Below, piece after piece: positions 1 through 9,283 of a stretch of DNA of 64,000 nt. This stretch comes from Dehalococcoidia bacterium (GTDB lineage: Bacteria > Chloroflexota > Dehalococcoidia > Bin125). The notes below the pieces were generated by a model. That model ran no database searches. It was given only the letters and a program-made list of their open reading frames with translations, and had not been told where the DNA came from. The DNA is taken from positions 704,001 to 768,000 of the forward strand of contig CAXXRD010000002.1 of NCBI GenBank assembly GCA_963663895.2, given 5' to 3'. Position 1 is the first letter of the stretch. Every line of letters begins with the position of its first letter. The translations under genes and the position numbers were made by a program.

Positions 1-424
1 GAATGCCGCCTCCCACGCTGGCTTCGTACAGGAGCTCGACGTTCCGTTGATAGGCGAGCTCGAGGAGCTCGGGGCCGGCGATCGCCATGACCTCTTTGTT
101 CGCGGTCACGACGTGCTTGCCGGCTTCGAGGGCGGCGCGAATGCAGGTGATCGCCGGCTCGATACCACCCATGACCTCGACGATGACGGCGAGGGCGGGG
201 TCGGTCGCGATGGCGAGCGCGTCGTCCGTGAGGACGCTCGGATCGACCGAGACCGCGCGGGGGCGGGCCCGATCGCGCACGGCGATCCGTGGCACCGCGA
301 TCGCGCGGCCGCTGCGGGCGGCGTAGTAGTCCCGTTGCTCGGCAAGCGTCCGGTAGACGCTCTGGCCCACGCCGCCGAAACCAAGGAGGCCCACGCCGAT
401 CGGCGGGGCGGCAGACTCCGTCAT
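1..424 (-). CDS. hom: homoserine dehydrogenase (5' part; runs off window edge)
   Basis: Manual translation: MTESAAPPIGVGLLGFGGVG...IVEVMGGIEPA...GKHVVTANKE...LLYEASVGGGI. These are the Rossmann, VVTANK and YEASVGGGI motifs. Confidence 0.92.
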   Translation of the reverse strand, partial: MTESAAPPIGVGLLGFGGVGQSVYRTLAEQRDYYAARSGRAIAVPRIAVRDRARPRAVSVDPSVLTDDALAIATDPALAVIVEVMGGIEPAITCIRAALEAGKHVVTANKEVMAIAGPELLELAYQRNVELLYEASVGGGI

Positions 425-428
425 GTCT

Positions 429-1214
429 TTACGCTTGGGCGTCGCTGTCCACGGAAGGCGGCTCGGCGGCGGGAGGAGCGACATCCGTTTCGGGCTCGGA
501 CGTGGACAGGCTCTGTACCGCCGGGGAATCCACGTCTGTGTCCACGGAGGGCGGCTCGTCGGCGGGCGGGGCGGCATCCCCTTCGGTGTCGGGCGTGGGA
601 AGGCTCGGCGCCGGCGGGGAGACCGCGTCCGTACTCACTTCGGCCTCGCTGGCAGGCGAAGGGGCTTCGGCTTCAGGCTTGGGTTCCGGCTCCGGCTCCG
701 GTTCGCGCGTACGCAACGGCCGGGACGCCTGACGGTATTGCGCGGCCAGCCGCATGTGCTCCGCGGTATAGGGGAGCAGCGCCACGTGCCGGGCGCGCTT
801 GACCGCGGTCGCGAGGCGCCGCTGATCGGCGGCGGTGAGGCCGGTCTTCCGCCGCGGGTCGATGCGGCCGCGCTCGGAGATGATGCGCCGGAGACGATCG
901 ACATCCTTGTACGAGATCGCCTTGACCTCGTCCGGGGTGTAGATGGGCGCCCGGCGTCCGCGGCGGCGGCGGGGACGGCGCCCGCGCGGCGAGTCATCGT
1001 CAGCGGCGGACTCCTCGCGGGGAGATCGCCCCGCCGAAGGGGGCGGTGGCGGCGGATCCGCCGTTGCCGGCGCGTCACCAGCAGGCACCGCAGGCAGCGG
1101 CTCGGATGGCGGCAGCGCGGCACTTGGAGGATCGCTGCGCGGGACCTCCACGATCGGGGCAGCGGCGCTGCCGGCCGCAGGCGCGGCCGGCGCCGCGTCG
1201 GTATCAGAGGTCAT
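429..1214 (-). CDS. rpsR: 30S ribosomal protein S18 with long low-complexity N- and C-terminal extensions
   Basis: Core [26 protein letters not shown]...[19 protein letters not shown]; rpsF-ssb-rpsR order. Confidence 0.93.
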   Translation of the reverse strand: MTSDTDAAPAAPAAGSAAAPIVEVPRSDPPSAALPPSEPLPAVPAGDAPATADPPPPPPSAGRSPREESAADDDSPRGRRPRRRRGRRAPIYTPDEVKAISYKDVDRLRRIISERGRIDPRRKTGLTAADQRRLATAVKRARHVALLPYTAEHMRLAAQYRQASRPLRTREPEPEPEPKPEAEAPSPASEAEVSTDAVSPPAPSLPTPDTEGDAAPPADEPPSVDTDVDSPAVQSLSTSEPETDVAPPAAEPPSVDSDAQA

Positions 1215-1256
1215 AGCGATGCCACTCTTTCGGAACCTTTCGCAAGCGGGATGCCC

Positions 1257-1682
1257 TCACTCGAAGGGCAGGTCGTCCGGGGCGACCTGATCACCGTGCG
1301 CCACCGAGGGAGGCTCATCGGCGAAGGGAACGCCTTGCGCGCTGCCTTGCGCACTATCGAGGAATTGGACGTCTCGCGCGATAACCTCGGTGAAGTAGCG
1401 GCGCTGCCCCTCCTTATCGTCGTACTCGGACGTCCGCAGTCGCCCTTCGACGAAGACGCGGCGCCCCTTGGTGAGATACTGGGCGACAACCTCGCCAAGC
1501 TTGTCCCACGCCGTAACGTTGAACCACTCGGTCTCCTCGCGCCGATCGCCCTCTCGCGTCGTGTAATTGCGACCAACCGCGACGCGCATCCTGGTGCGCG
1601 CCGTGCCGTTGGCGGTATAGCTCATCTCCGGATCGGCACCCAAGTTCCCGATGATCATGACTTTGTTGAGGCCAGCCGCCAT
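1257..1682 (-). CDS. ssb: single-stranded DNA-binding protein
   Basis: LNKVMIIGNLGADPE...VFVEGRL, C-terminal DDLPF. Confidence 0.97.
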   Translation of the reverse strand: MAAGLNKVMIIGNLGADPEMSYTANGTARTRMRVAVGRNYTTREGDRREETEWFNVTAWDKLGEVVAQYLTKGRRVFVEGRLRTSEYDDKEGQRRYFTEVIARDVQFLDSAQGSAQGVPFADEPPSVAHGDQVAPDDLPFE

Positions 1683-1709
1683 GAGAGCCTCCTCTACTCG
1701 ACGCCGCCG

Positions 1710-2024
1710 CTAGGCGTCGCTGCTGGCCGCGACCCCGTCCGAGTCGCGGCGGATCAAAAGGTGGCGCAGCACCGACTCGTCGATGTTGAGCGATCGCTCG
1801 ATCTCGGCGTGATCGCCGTCGCTGGAGAATTCGGCGATCACGTAGTCCGCCTCGAACTGCCGCTTGATCGGATAGGCCAGGCGCCGCCTTCCCCAGTGGA
1901 AAACGTCCGAGACATCATGCCCTTGGGACGCGATCAGAGAACGCAGGGCGTCCATCTTGGTGGAAAGCTCCGCTTCCTCACCCAGCGGGTGGTAAAGAAC
2001 CATGAGCTCGTGATCGTGGGCCAA
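1710..2024 (-). CDS. rpsF: 30S ribosomal protein S6
   Basis: WGRRRLAYPI and IDESVLRHL motifs; TTG start. Confidence 0.95.
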   Translation of the reverse strand: MAHDHELMVLYHPLGEEAELSTKMDALRSLIASQGHDVSDVFHWGRRRLAYPIKRQFEADYVIAEFSSDGDHAEIERSLNIDESVLRHLLIRRDSDGVAASSDA

Positions 2025-2085
2025 GCGGGTCCCCAGCTTCTCCCGGCATCCCGGCCGGATGGCTTAGGAATTCGTTAGTTCAGGG

Positions 2086-2091
2086 ATTATA
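2086..2091 (-). promoter_or_regulatory. -10 element (TATAAT) upstream of rpsF
   Basis: Perfect TATAAT on the minus strand about 60 nt upstream of rpsF; no clear -35. Confidence 0.5.
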
Positions 2092-2185
2092 GCGGGGCCA
2101 CGCGCCACCAGCGCCACGCAGCCTCCGTTCCACAGTCATCACTCCGGAGACCGATCCACGGGCCAGCCACGGCCTGGCAGCGCCG

Positions 2186-3448
2186 TCAGGACGCAATACC
2201 CGGCACGGGAAAGCGCTGGACCAGCTCACCTACCTCCGCCCGCACGGCTCGCTGCGCCGCGGCGTCTTCAATGTCGTCCAGGATCCGCCCGATCAGCCCG
2301 GCAACGACGCGCATCTCCTGGGGCCCCATTCCACGGGTGGTGAGTGCCGGCGTGCCGATGCGGATGCCGCTGGTCACGGTGGGCTTCCGTTGATCGAAGG
2401 GGATCGTGTTCTTGTTCACGGTGATGCCGGCGACCTCAAGGGCCGTCTCCACCGCCTTGCCCGTGTACCCGCGAACGCCCACATCGACCACGAGCAAGTG
2501 GTTATCGGTGCCGCCCGAAACGAGACGGAGCCCCGCCGCGCGCAACCCTTCGCCCAGGGTCTGAGCGTTCTCGATCACGGCGGCGGCGTAGCGGCGAAAA
2601 TCCGCCGAGGCGGCCTCGCGGAAGGCGACCGCCTTGCCCGCGATCGTGTGCATGTGCGGGCCGCCGGAGGTTCCGGGAAAGACCGCGCGGTCGATCGGCG
2701 TCGCCATCTCGGCATCGGTGAGGATGAAGGCCGATCGCGGGCCGCGCAGCGTCTTGTGCGCAGTGGAAGTGATAATGGCCGCATTCCCAACCGGGCTGGG
2801 ATGCAGTCCCGCCGCGACGAGCCCCGCCACGTGCGCCATGTCGGCGATCACGGTGGCGCCCACGCTCGCCGCCACTTCGGCGGTACGGGCGAAGTCGTAC
2901 TGGCGCGGGTAGGCGGTCGCGCCGATCACGATCGCTTTGGGGCGGTGTTCCCGGGCGGCGGCGGCCATGGCGTCGTAGTCGATCCGCTCGGTTTCCGGAT
3001 CGACGCCGTAGGACACGAAGTTGAACCAGCGGCCGGAAAAGTTGACGCGCAAGCCGTGGGTGAGGTGGCCGCCATGGCTGAGCTCCATGCCGAGCGCCGT
3101 ATCCCCCGGCTCGAGCACGGCGTAGTACGCGGCGAGGTTGGCCTGGGCCCCGGAATGCGGCTGCACGTTGACGTGCTCGGCGCCGAAGAGCTCCTTGGCC
3201 CGTTCGACGGCGAGCGTCTCGATCGCGTCGACGAAGTCACAGCCGCCGTAGTAGCGTTTGCCGGGGTACCCCTCGGCGTACTTGTTGGTCAGGATCGAGC
3301 CCATCGCCGCCAGCACCGCGGGACTCGTGTAATTCTCGGAGGCGATCATCTCCAAGGTGTCGCGCTGCCGCGCGGCCTCGCGATCCAAGGCCGTGGCGAC
3401 CTCCGCATCCGCAGAGGCCAGCAGCTCGCTCGCGCGCGTCAGCACCAT
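2186..3448 (-). CDS. glyA: serine hydroxymethyltransferase
   Basis: [39 protein letters not shown]. Confidence 0.98.
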   Translation of the reverse strand: MVLTRASELLASADAEVATALDREAARQRDTLEMIASENYTSPAVLAAMGSILTNKYAEGYPGKRYYGGCDFVDAIETLAVERAKELFGAEHVNVQPHSGAQANLAAYYAVLEPGDTALGMELSHGGHLTHGLRVNFSGRWFNFVSYGVDPETERIDYDAMAAAAREHRPKAIVIGATAYPRQYDFARTAEVAASVGATVIADMAHVAGLVAAGLHPSPVGNAAIITSTAHKTLRGPRSAFILTDAEMATPIDRAVFPGTSGGPHMHTIAGKAVAFREAASADFRRYAAAVIENAQTLGEGLRAAGLRLVSGGTDNHLLVVDVGVRGYTGKAVETALEVAGITVNKNTIPFDQRKPTVTSGIRIGTPALTTRGMGPQEMRVVAGLIGRILDDIEDAAAQRAVRAEVGELVQRFPVPGIAS

Positions 3449-3490
3449 ATGTCCACTCTAACGACGCCGACGCCGAGATGCGATTAACGA

Positions 3491-4195
3491 TTAACTCGCG
3501 AACTCGCCTCCCCGCGCGACGGCCCATGCGTCGACAGATTCGGCCCCGGCGTCTAGGAGCGCTCGTGCGCAGAAATCGAACGTCGCGCCCGAAGTCGTGA
3601 CATCGTCGATCAGCAAGAACCGGCGCCCGCCGGCATGCCGCGGAGACGCCGCGAAGGCGCCGGCCACGTTGCGGCGGCGGGCTTCCCAATCCGGCTGCCG
3701 CGCTTGCGGCGCCGTGGCTCTGGTCCGGCGGAGCGCGTCTGTCGCGACCGGGCGATCGAGGCGCGCCGCCAGATGCCGCGCGATCAGATCCGTCTGATTG
3801 AAGCCGCGCAGGCGCCGACGGCGCTTGTGCATCGGGACGGCCACAAGCTGGTCGACATCGTCGGGGATCGCACTCACGTCGGCCGCCGCGACGAGCGGAC
3901 CGGCCACCGCCGTTCTTCCCTCGTATTTCAGCGCCAGGATCGCCTCCCGGACGTCTCCAACGTAAATGAACGCCGCGCGCCGGGAACGGAAGGCGGAGGG
4001 CTGGCTCGGACCGTCGGTCCGCCAGCTTGCCGAGGGCGCGGCGCGGGGGAACCCCGCCAGGCAAGCATCGCAGAGATGGACGCCCCACTGACCGCAAACG
4101 ACGCAACGCGGCGGGAAGAAGAGGTTGAACAGTGCATCACGCGCCTGCCCTACCGACGGGAGATCGAAACGCGCTCGGTGCAGGGGAACACGCAT
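3491..4195 (-). CDS. comF: ComF family phosphoribosyltransferase-like protein with zinc ribbon
   Basis: FPPRCVVC..LCDAC, RGFNQT, LIDDVTTSGAT; start chosen at ATG 4195. Confidence 0.88.
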   Translation of the reverse strand: MRVPLHRARFDLPSVGQARDALFNLFFPPRCVVCGQWGVHLCDACLAGFPRAAPSASWRTDGPSQPSAFRSRRAAFIYVGDVREAILALKYEGRTAVAGPLVAAADVSAIPDDVDQLVAVPMHKRRRRLRGFNQTDLIARHLAARLDRPVATDALRRTRATAPQARQPDWEARRRNVAGAFAASPRHAGGRRFLLIDDVTTSGATFDFCARALLDAGAESVDAWAVARGGEFAS

Positions 4196-4240
4196 GGCCG
4201 CCTCACGGTTACCGTCCGCTGAAACGGTACACTGCCGGAT

Positions 4241-4957
4241 ATGGATGTCACGGTACGGCTGTATGCGAGCCTCGCGGAAAGGGCCGGGGTGCGGGAGGTA
4301 GCCCTGTCGCAGTTGCCGCCGTCGATCACCGCGGGCGACCTGGGAGCGGCGGTGTTCGAGCGCTTCCCGACCCTGAGCCCGCTGCGCGAGTCGGTGGTCT
4401 TCGCCGTGAACGCGGAATACGTTCGGCCGGACCATCTGATACGGCCCGGCGACGAGGTCGCGCTGATCCCGCCGGTGAGCGGCGGCGCGACGGCATCAGA
4501 GCTATTTCGGATCACGGAGGCACCCCTTGACGTGCCGGCGATCCAACGACTCGTGCACAGGGACGCCAGCGGGGCCGTATCGATCTTCGTCGGCGTCGTG
4601 CGCAACACCAATCAGGGGCGCGACGTCGACCACCTGGAGTACGACGCCTACCCGGCGATGGCGACGAAAGTGATGCGCCAGATCGCGTCCGAGGCACAGA
4701 AGCGCTGGAACATCCACGAGATCGCGATGCACCATCGCATCGGACGGCTCGCCATCGGGGAAGCGAGCGTGGCGGTGGCCGTATCGGCTCCGCACCGTGG
4801 CGACGCGATCGCGGCCTGTCAGTACGGCATCGACCGGCTCAAGGCGATCGTCCCCATCTGGAAGAAAGAGGTCTGGACGGACGGAGCGCATTGGGTGGAG
4901 GGGAGCCTGGCGCCGCGCGATGAAGCGGCGCCAGGCCCGGAGCCCTCGGCACCATAG
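4241..4957 (+). CDS. MoaD-MoaE linear fusion (molybdopterin synthase, MoaX-like)
   Basis: N-terminal beta-grasp domain ending IPPVSGG, then MoaE motifs FVGVVRN, LEYDAY, HRIGRL, PIWKKE. Confidence 0.93.
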   Translation: MDVTVRLYASLAERAGVREVALSQLPPSITAGDLGAAVFERFPTLSPLRESVVFAVNAEYVRPDHLIRPGDEVALIPPVSGGATASELFRITEAPLDVPAIQRLVHRDASGAVSIFVGVVRNTNQGRDVDHLEYDAYPAMATKVMRQIASEAQKRWNIHEIAMHHRIGRLAIGEASVAVAVSAPHRGDAIAACQYGIDRLKAIVPIWKKEVWTDGAHWVEGSLAPRDEAAPGPEPSAP

Positions 4958-4980
4958 CAACCGGGGCTCCGACGGGGCAC

Positions 4981-6360
4981 CTACCAGCGGCGTCTCCGCG
5001 CCTTGCTCGGCGTGCCGTCGCGGGGCTTGCGGCCACTGCGGAAATCGGGCGCTTCGATCGCAAAGACGTTCGAGATGCCGGCATCCATGAGGCGAGAGGC
5101 GATCCGGTCGGGCAAGGCTTCGCGATCCAGAAGATCGGCGTTCGTGGTGACGACGGTGGGGAGTCGCTGCAGGTAGCGATAGGCGAAGATCTGGTAGAGC
5201 TTCTCCTGCGCCCAGGGCGTGGTGCTGTGCGCGCCGAGATCGTCGAGGATGAGGAGGCCCGCATTGCGCACGCGATCGAAGAGTGCGTCGTAGCCATCAC
5301 CGCGTGCGGGATTGTAGGAGGAGCGCAGGTGGTCGAGCAGGTCCGGGACGACGGCGAAGTAGACGCCGTCGCCCGCCTGAAGGCGCTGGCGCGCGATCGC
5401 GGCGGCCAAGTGCGTCTTGCCCCGGCCGGTGTCACCCGTGAAGATGATCCAGCCCTCCGGCTTGTCGGCATAGACGCGGGCCATGCGCAGCGCGGCCTGA
5501 AGATTGGTCGCCTGCGCAGAGGTCAGACGGCCCCGACCCTTCGGGCTGAATGTGTCGAAATTCAGCTGATCGAGGACATCGCGGCTCACTCCACCGATCT
5601 GCGCGTACGTGCCAACCTTGGGAGCGTCGACGGGCAGTTGCCGGACCAGCGGCGCCTCGAGCCAGCGCGCGAGCCATTCCGGCAGCGACGCGGTCGGCGC
5701 GGTCGTGGTGATCACCGTCGGCAACTCGGCCTGGCGGCGGTGGTTCAGAAGCTGGAAGAGCTTCTCGCGCGCCCATTCCGTCGGGTTACCCGCGTCGAGG
5801 TCGTCGAGGATGAGCAAGGGGGCGCTTCGCACCTGCTCGAACAAGGCGGGATAGGGCAGGCCGGAGCCCGCGCCGTAGGCCGCCCGCAGATGGTCGAGCA
5901 GATCGGGCACGACCATGTACAAGGCTGGAAGCCCGGCGGCGATGCGTTCGTTCGCGATCGCGGCAGCAAGCGACGTCTTGCCGCTGCCGGTCGCGCCCCA
6001 GAGCGCGAGCCACCCCTGCGGCGCCTCCGCGAACGCGGCCGCGGCGCGGGCGGCTTCCGCGAAGGCGGCGGAGCGATCCGCCGACAGCCCGTCAAAACGG
6101 ATGCCGGCGAGCGGTCCCAGGTTGCTGTAGCGCTGGAGCCGCGCCGCCTGCTCGTCGCGGGCCTCGTCCTGCGCGCAGCGACAGGGGATGGCGCGGCCGA
6201 AATCCTCATGGCCGGGGGGCAGATCGCGCCGCACGAAGCCAGCGTCGTTGCACTCCCTGCAACGCGGGACGAGCGACATCTCCGGCGGCGTCTCAGCGCC
6301 GGATGAGGTGCCCGTACTCGGAATCGCGCCAGCGGCCAGAATGTCGCCCAAGCGCCTCAT
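4981..6360 (-). CDS. DnaC/IstB-family helicase-loader-like ATPase with N-terminal Zn finger and two tandem AAA+ domains
   Basis: CRECNDAGF...PCRC; Walker A GATGSGKT and GDTGRGKT; Walker B LILDDL twice; ATG 6360 preceded by GAAGGA. Confidence 0.85.
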   Translation of the reverse strand: MRRLGDILAAGAIPSTGTSSGAETPPEMSLVPRCRECNDAGFVRRDLPPGHEDFGRAIPCRCAQDEARDEQAARLQRYSNLGPLAGIRFDGLSADRSAAFAEAARAAAAFAEAPQGWLALWGATGSGKTSLAAAIANERIAAGLPALYMVVPDLLDHLRAAYGAGSGLPYPALFEQVRSAPLLILDDLDAGNPTEWAREKLFQLLNHRRQAELPTVITTTAPTASLPEWLARWLEAPLVRQLPVDAPKVGTYAQIGGVSRDVLDQLNFDTFSPKGRGRLTSAQATNLQAALRMARVYADKPEGWIIFTGDTGRGKTHLAAAIARQRLQAGDGVYFAVVPDLLDHLRSSYNPARGDGYDALFDRVRNAGLLILDDLGAHSTTPWAQEKLYQIFAYRYLQRLPTVVTTNADLLDREALPDRIASRLMDAGISNVFAIEAPDFRSGRKPRDGTPSKARRRRW

Positions 6361-7033
6361 CGTCCCGTCCTTCACTCTGCCAGCGCTCCAAGATGCGGCC
6401 GATGTAGCGCCAGCTCCGTTTGTTCAGCTCCGCGGCCTCACGGAATGCATCGTCGATCCACTCCCAGGGGTAGAGCGCCTCCGCCTCGACGAGCTCCTCC
6501 GCGATCTGGGGCGTGATCGGTCCCACGGTCTCTTCATAGATCGTAAAGATGCTGCGCGCGCGGCGGGGGGCGGGCGCATAGGGGGCGAGCGCCGGGCCGT
6601 TCGCCAGCTCGCCGCGGCGCACCCGCTCGATCGTGCGGCGCTCCGCCGCAGTATTGACGGTGATGTACGCGCGAGGGCGGTCGGCTCCCGCGCCGTCGAC
6701 TCGAAGCAGCACCCCGCGCGCAACGGCGGCGTCGACGCCGCGCTTGAACGCGGCCGCGACTTCCGTGGAATCGGGCGCGGACAACATGCGGGCCAGCGCG
6801 TCGACGAGCGGCCGCTCGGCAGCGAGGAGCTCCACGTCGAGCAGACGGGGAAAGCGCCGCAAGCGTTGCACGGCGGCGATGGCGTACAGGGAGACCAACA
6901 GCTCGGCCGGGTCGTCCATCGCCGGAACCAGCGTGGAGAGCAGCGGCGCGGGAATGGCCACGTTCTTGGCCGAAGACGGGAACCCCGGGTAAGCGGCGCC
7001 GCTGGACGCAGGGGGATCGGTTTGATCAGTCAT
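6293..7033 (-). CDS. DnaD-domain replication protein
   Basis: C-terminal IFTIYEETVGPITP...WIDDAFREAAELNKRSWRYIGRILERW (DnaD/DnaB_2 YxxxIxxxW motif); start MTDQ at 7033 overlaps the dnaB stop. Confidence 0.88.
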   Translation of the reverse strand: MTDQTDPPASSGAAYPGFPSSAKNVAIPAPLLSTLVPAMDDPAELLVSLYAIAAVQRLRRFPRLLDVELLAAERPLVDALARMLSAPDSTEVAAAFKRGVDAAVARGVLLRVDGAGADRPRAYITVNTAAERRTIERVRRGELANGPALAPYAPAPRRARSIFTIYEETVGPITPQIAEELVEAEALYPWEWIDDAFREAAELNKRSWRYIGRILERWQSEGRDDEALGRHSGRWRDSEYGHLIRR

Positions 7034-8444
7034 TGGAGAAAGCGTCCAGGCTCCACTCCACGTCGGGCGGGGGGACCTCTTCCTGGCGGAGCAGGAGATC
7101 CTCAAACTTGGCGATGTTCTTGACGAAGCGCAGATGGACGACGCCGGTGGGGCCGTTGCGGTGCTTGGCTACGATCAGCTGCGCGACGCCCGCCGGGTAG
7201 TGCGAGCCGGGCTCTCCCGGATGCTGATCCTCCCACTCCTCGCGTTGCACGTACATGTCCTCGCGATAGATGAAGATCACCACGTCGGCGTCTTGCTCGA
7301 TCGAGCCGCTCTCCCGGAGGTCGCTGAGCATGGGGATGTGTGGCTGGCGCGCCTCGACGGCGCGCGACAGCTGGGAGACCGCAAGCACGGGCACTTGCAA
7401 CTCGCGCGCGAGCTCCTTGAGGGAGCGCGAGATGTAGCTGATCTCCATGACGCGATTGGCCTCTCTGCCGAAGTCCGCATGCATCAGCTGAATGTGGTCG
7501 ACGACCAGCAAGTCCAACCCGACGTCCATCTTGATGCGGCGCGCCTTGGCGCGCAGCTCGGCCACGTTGAGGCCGGGCGTATCGTCAATGTAGATCTCCG
7601 CTTGGGAGAGGTTGCCGATCGCGCGGCTAATGCGCGCCTCCTCCGCTTCGCTGTGGCGGCCCCATGGCAGTCGCTGGGAGTCGACGTTGGCCTCGGCGGA
7701 GACCAGCCGGCTCGCCACCTGCTCGCCGGACATCTCCAAACTGAAGATAGCGACCTTCCCCTGCTGTCCCAAGGCCAGGTTGCGCGCCAGGGCCAGGGCC
7801 AGGGCCGACTTGCCGACGGAGGGACGGGCAGCCAGCACCGCCAAATCCGATCGCTTGAGGCCCGTGAGCAATGTGTCCAGATCGGAGAACCCCGTGCGCG
7901 CCGGCTCGGTCAGCCGGGCCGCTTCTTCGTCCGTGGGCGGGCCGAGGAACTCCTCTAAGAGGTCGCGCAGGGGCACGAAGTCGCGCAGGCGCTCGCCGCC
8001 GCGCAGGTCCAGGAGCAGGTTCTCGGAGCGGGCCAGCGCGTCCGAGAGATTGGGACCGCCGTCGTAGCCGATGCGGGCGATGGTGCCGGCGGCGTCGATC
8101 AGCCGGCGGTAGGTCGCATCGCGCGTGATAATGCGGGCCGCGTGCTCAACCCCGATGGAGGTAGGCAGATCGGCGACGATCTGGCTGATGTACGCAAGCC
8201 CGCCCGCCTCCTCGAGCTTGCCGTTCCGCCCCAGCTCGTGCGCCAGCGTGACCTGATTGACGGCCTCGTTACGATCCCAGATCTTGAGCGCCGCCTCGTA
8301 CATCCAAGCGTGGCGTTCATCGGCGAAATCGCGGGGGTTGAGGATCGCCGCGATGCGGGGCAGCGCCGTCTCGTCGACCAGAAGGGCCGCGATGACCGTC
8401 GCTTCCGCTTCAACGTCGCTCGGCGGGGCTTTCTCTAAGACCAT
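7026..8444 (-). CDS. dnaB: replicative DNA helicase
   Basis: AARPSVGKSA, FSLEMS, DHIQL, SQLSR, SDLRESGSIEQDAD, KHRNGPTG. Confidence 0.98.
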   Translation of the reverse strand: MVLEKAPPSDVEAEATVIAALLVDETALPRIAAILNPRDFADERHAWMYEAALKIWDRNEAVNQVTLAHELGRNGKLEEAGGLAYISQIVADLPTSIGVEHAARIITRDATYRRLIDAAGTIARIGYDGGPNLSDALARSENLLLDLRGGERLRDFVPLRDLLEEFLGPPTDEEAARLTEPARTGFSDLDTLLTGLKRSDLAVLAARPSVGKSALALALARNLALGQQGKVAIFSLEMSGEQVASRLVSAEANVDSQRLPWGRHSEAEEARISRAIGNLSQAEIYIDDTPGLNVAELRAKARRIKMDVGLDLLVVDHIQLMHADFGREANRVMEISYISRSLKELARELQVPVLAVSQLSRAVEARQPHIPMLSDLRESGSIEQDADVVIFIYREDMYVQREEWEDQHPGEPGSHYPAGVAQLIVAKHRNGPTGVVHLRFVKNIAKFEDLLLRQEEVPPPDVEWSLDAFSND

Positions 8445-8481
8445 CCGAACCCCCGCGGGGGCTCAGGCAGGCCTGCCCCCG

Positions 8482-9042
8482 TTAGTCGCTCTCGACCTCC
8501 GACTCCTCCTCGGGAGTCGCGGCCTCTGCGCTCTCGTCCTCTGTCTCCTCCGCCGACACTTCCTGCTCGGCGGCCGGCGGTTCCGCCGGCTCACCCTCGT
8601 CGGAGACGACCTCCACCGAGACATGCGCGGAGACGTTGCGCGTGAAGCGGACGCGCACGTCTTGCGTCCCGATGGCCTTGATCGCCTGCCCCAGCAGGAC
8701 CTGCCGGTGCTCGACCTTTGCGCCGACCCGCTCGCTCAGCTGGGCCGCGATGTCGGCCGCCGTGACCGATCCGAAGAGGCGACCCTGCTCGCCAACCTTG
8801 GCCGATAGCTCGACGGTGGCCCCGTCGATGCGCTCAGCCAGCAGGCGGGCAGCCGCATCCGCCTTCTCTTGGCGGATAGCGTCCAATTTGGCGAGCTTGG
8901 TTGCCCGCTCGATCGCCGCCTTCGTGGCCGGGGCCGCAAGCTCGCGAGGCAGGAGGTAGTTCCGCGCATAGCCGTTCTTGACCTCTTTGACCTCGCCAAC
9001 GAGCCCAGAGCCCTCGACCTCTTTCAGAAACACGACCTTCAT
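8482..9042 (-). CDS. rplI: 50S ribosomal protein L9 with acidic C-terminal tail
   Basis: MKVVFLKEV...VKNGYARNYLLP, RLFGSVT; start at ATG 9042. Confidence 0.96.
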   Translation of the reverse strand: MKVVFLKEVEGSGLVGEVKEVKNGYARNYLLPRELAAPATKAAIERATKLAKLDAIRQEKADAAARLLAERIDGATVELSAKVGEQGRLFGSVTAADIAAQLSERVGAKVEHRQVLLGQAIKAIGTQDVRVRFTRNVSAHVSVEVVSDEGEPAEPPAAEQEVSAEETEDESAEAATPEEESEVESD

Positions 9043-9253
9043 CGCGACCCTCCCGCGTCCGGATAAGCCGCAAATCCGTTGTGACGGATCCGCGGCCGAT
9101 AGCCAACTCGATAATGGCTTATGAGCGCGCCACTCCAGAGAACTAACACGCCCATCCACGGTATAAGCGAAACGGTCGCCGAGCCTAGCGCTTCTGTCAC
9201 AAAGACAGCCGGAGCCGGCGGGACGAAGACCTCCTCGCCGAACCCTCAATAAA

Positions 9254-9282
9254 AAGATAGAACGGACGTTCTGTCCATGCAA
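9254..9282 (-). promoter_or_regulatory. sigma70-type promoter TTGCAT-N17-TATCTT with a LexA (SOS) box AGAACGTCCGTTCT in the spacer
   Basis: Palindrome AGAAC-N4-GTTCT at 9259-9272; -35 at 9277-9282, -10 at 9254-9259. Confidence 0.75.
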
Positions 9283-9283
9283 A

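Noticed and set aside
4981-6375. IstB-like ATPase as evidence of an IS21 element
   Set aside because: No IstA transposase or terminal inverted repeats; sits in the dnaB-dnaD operon
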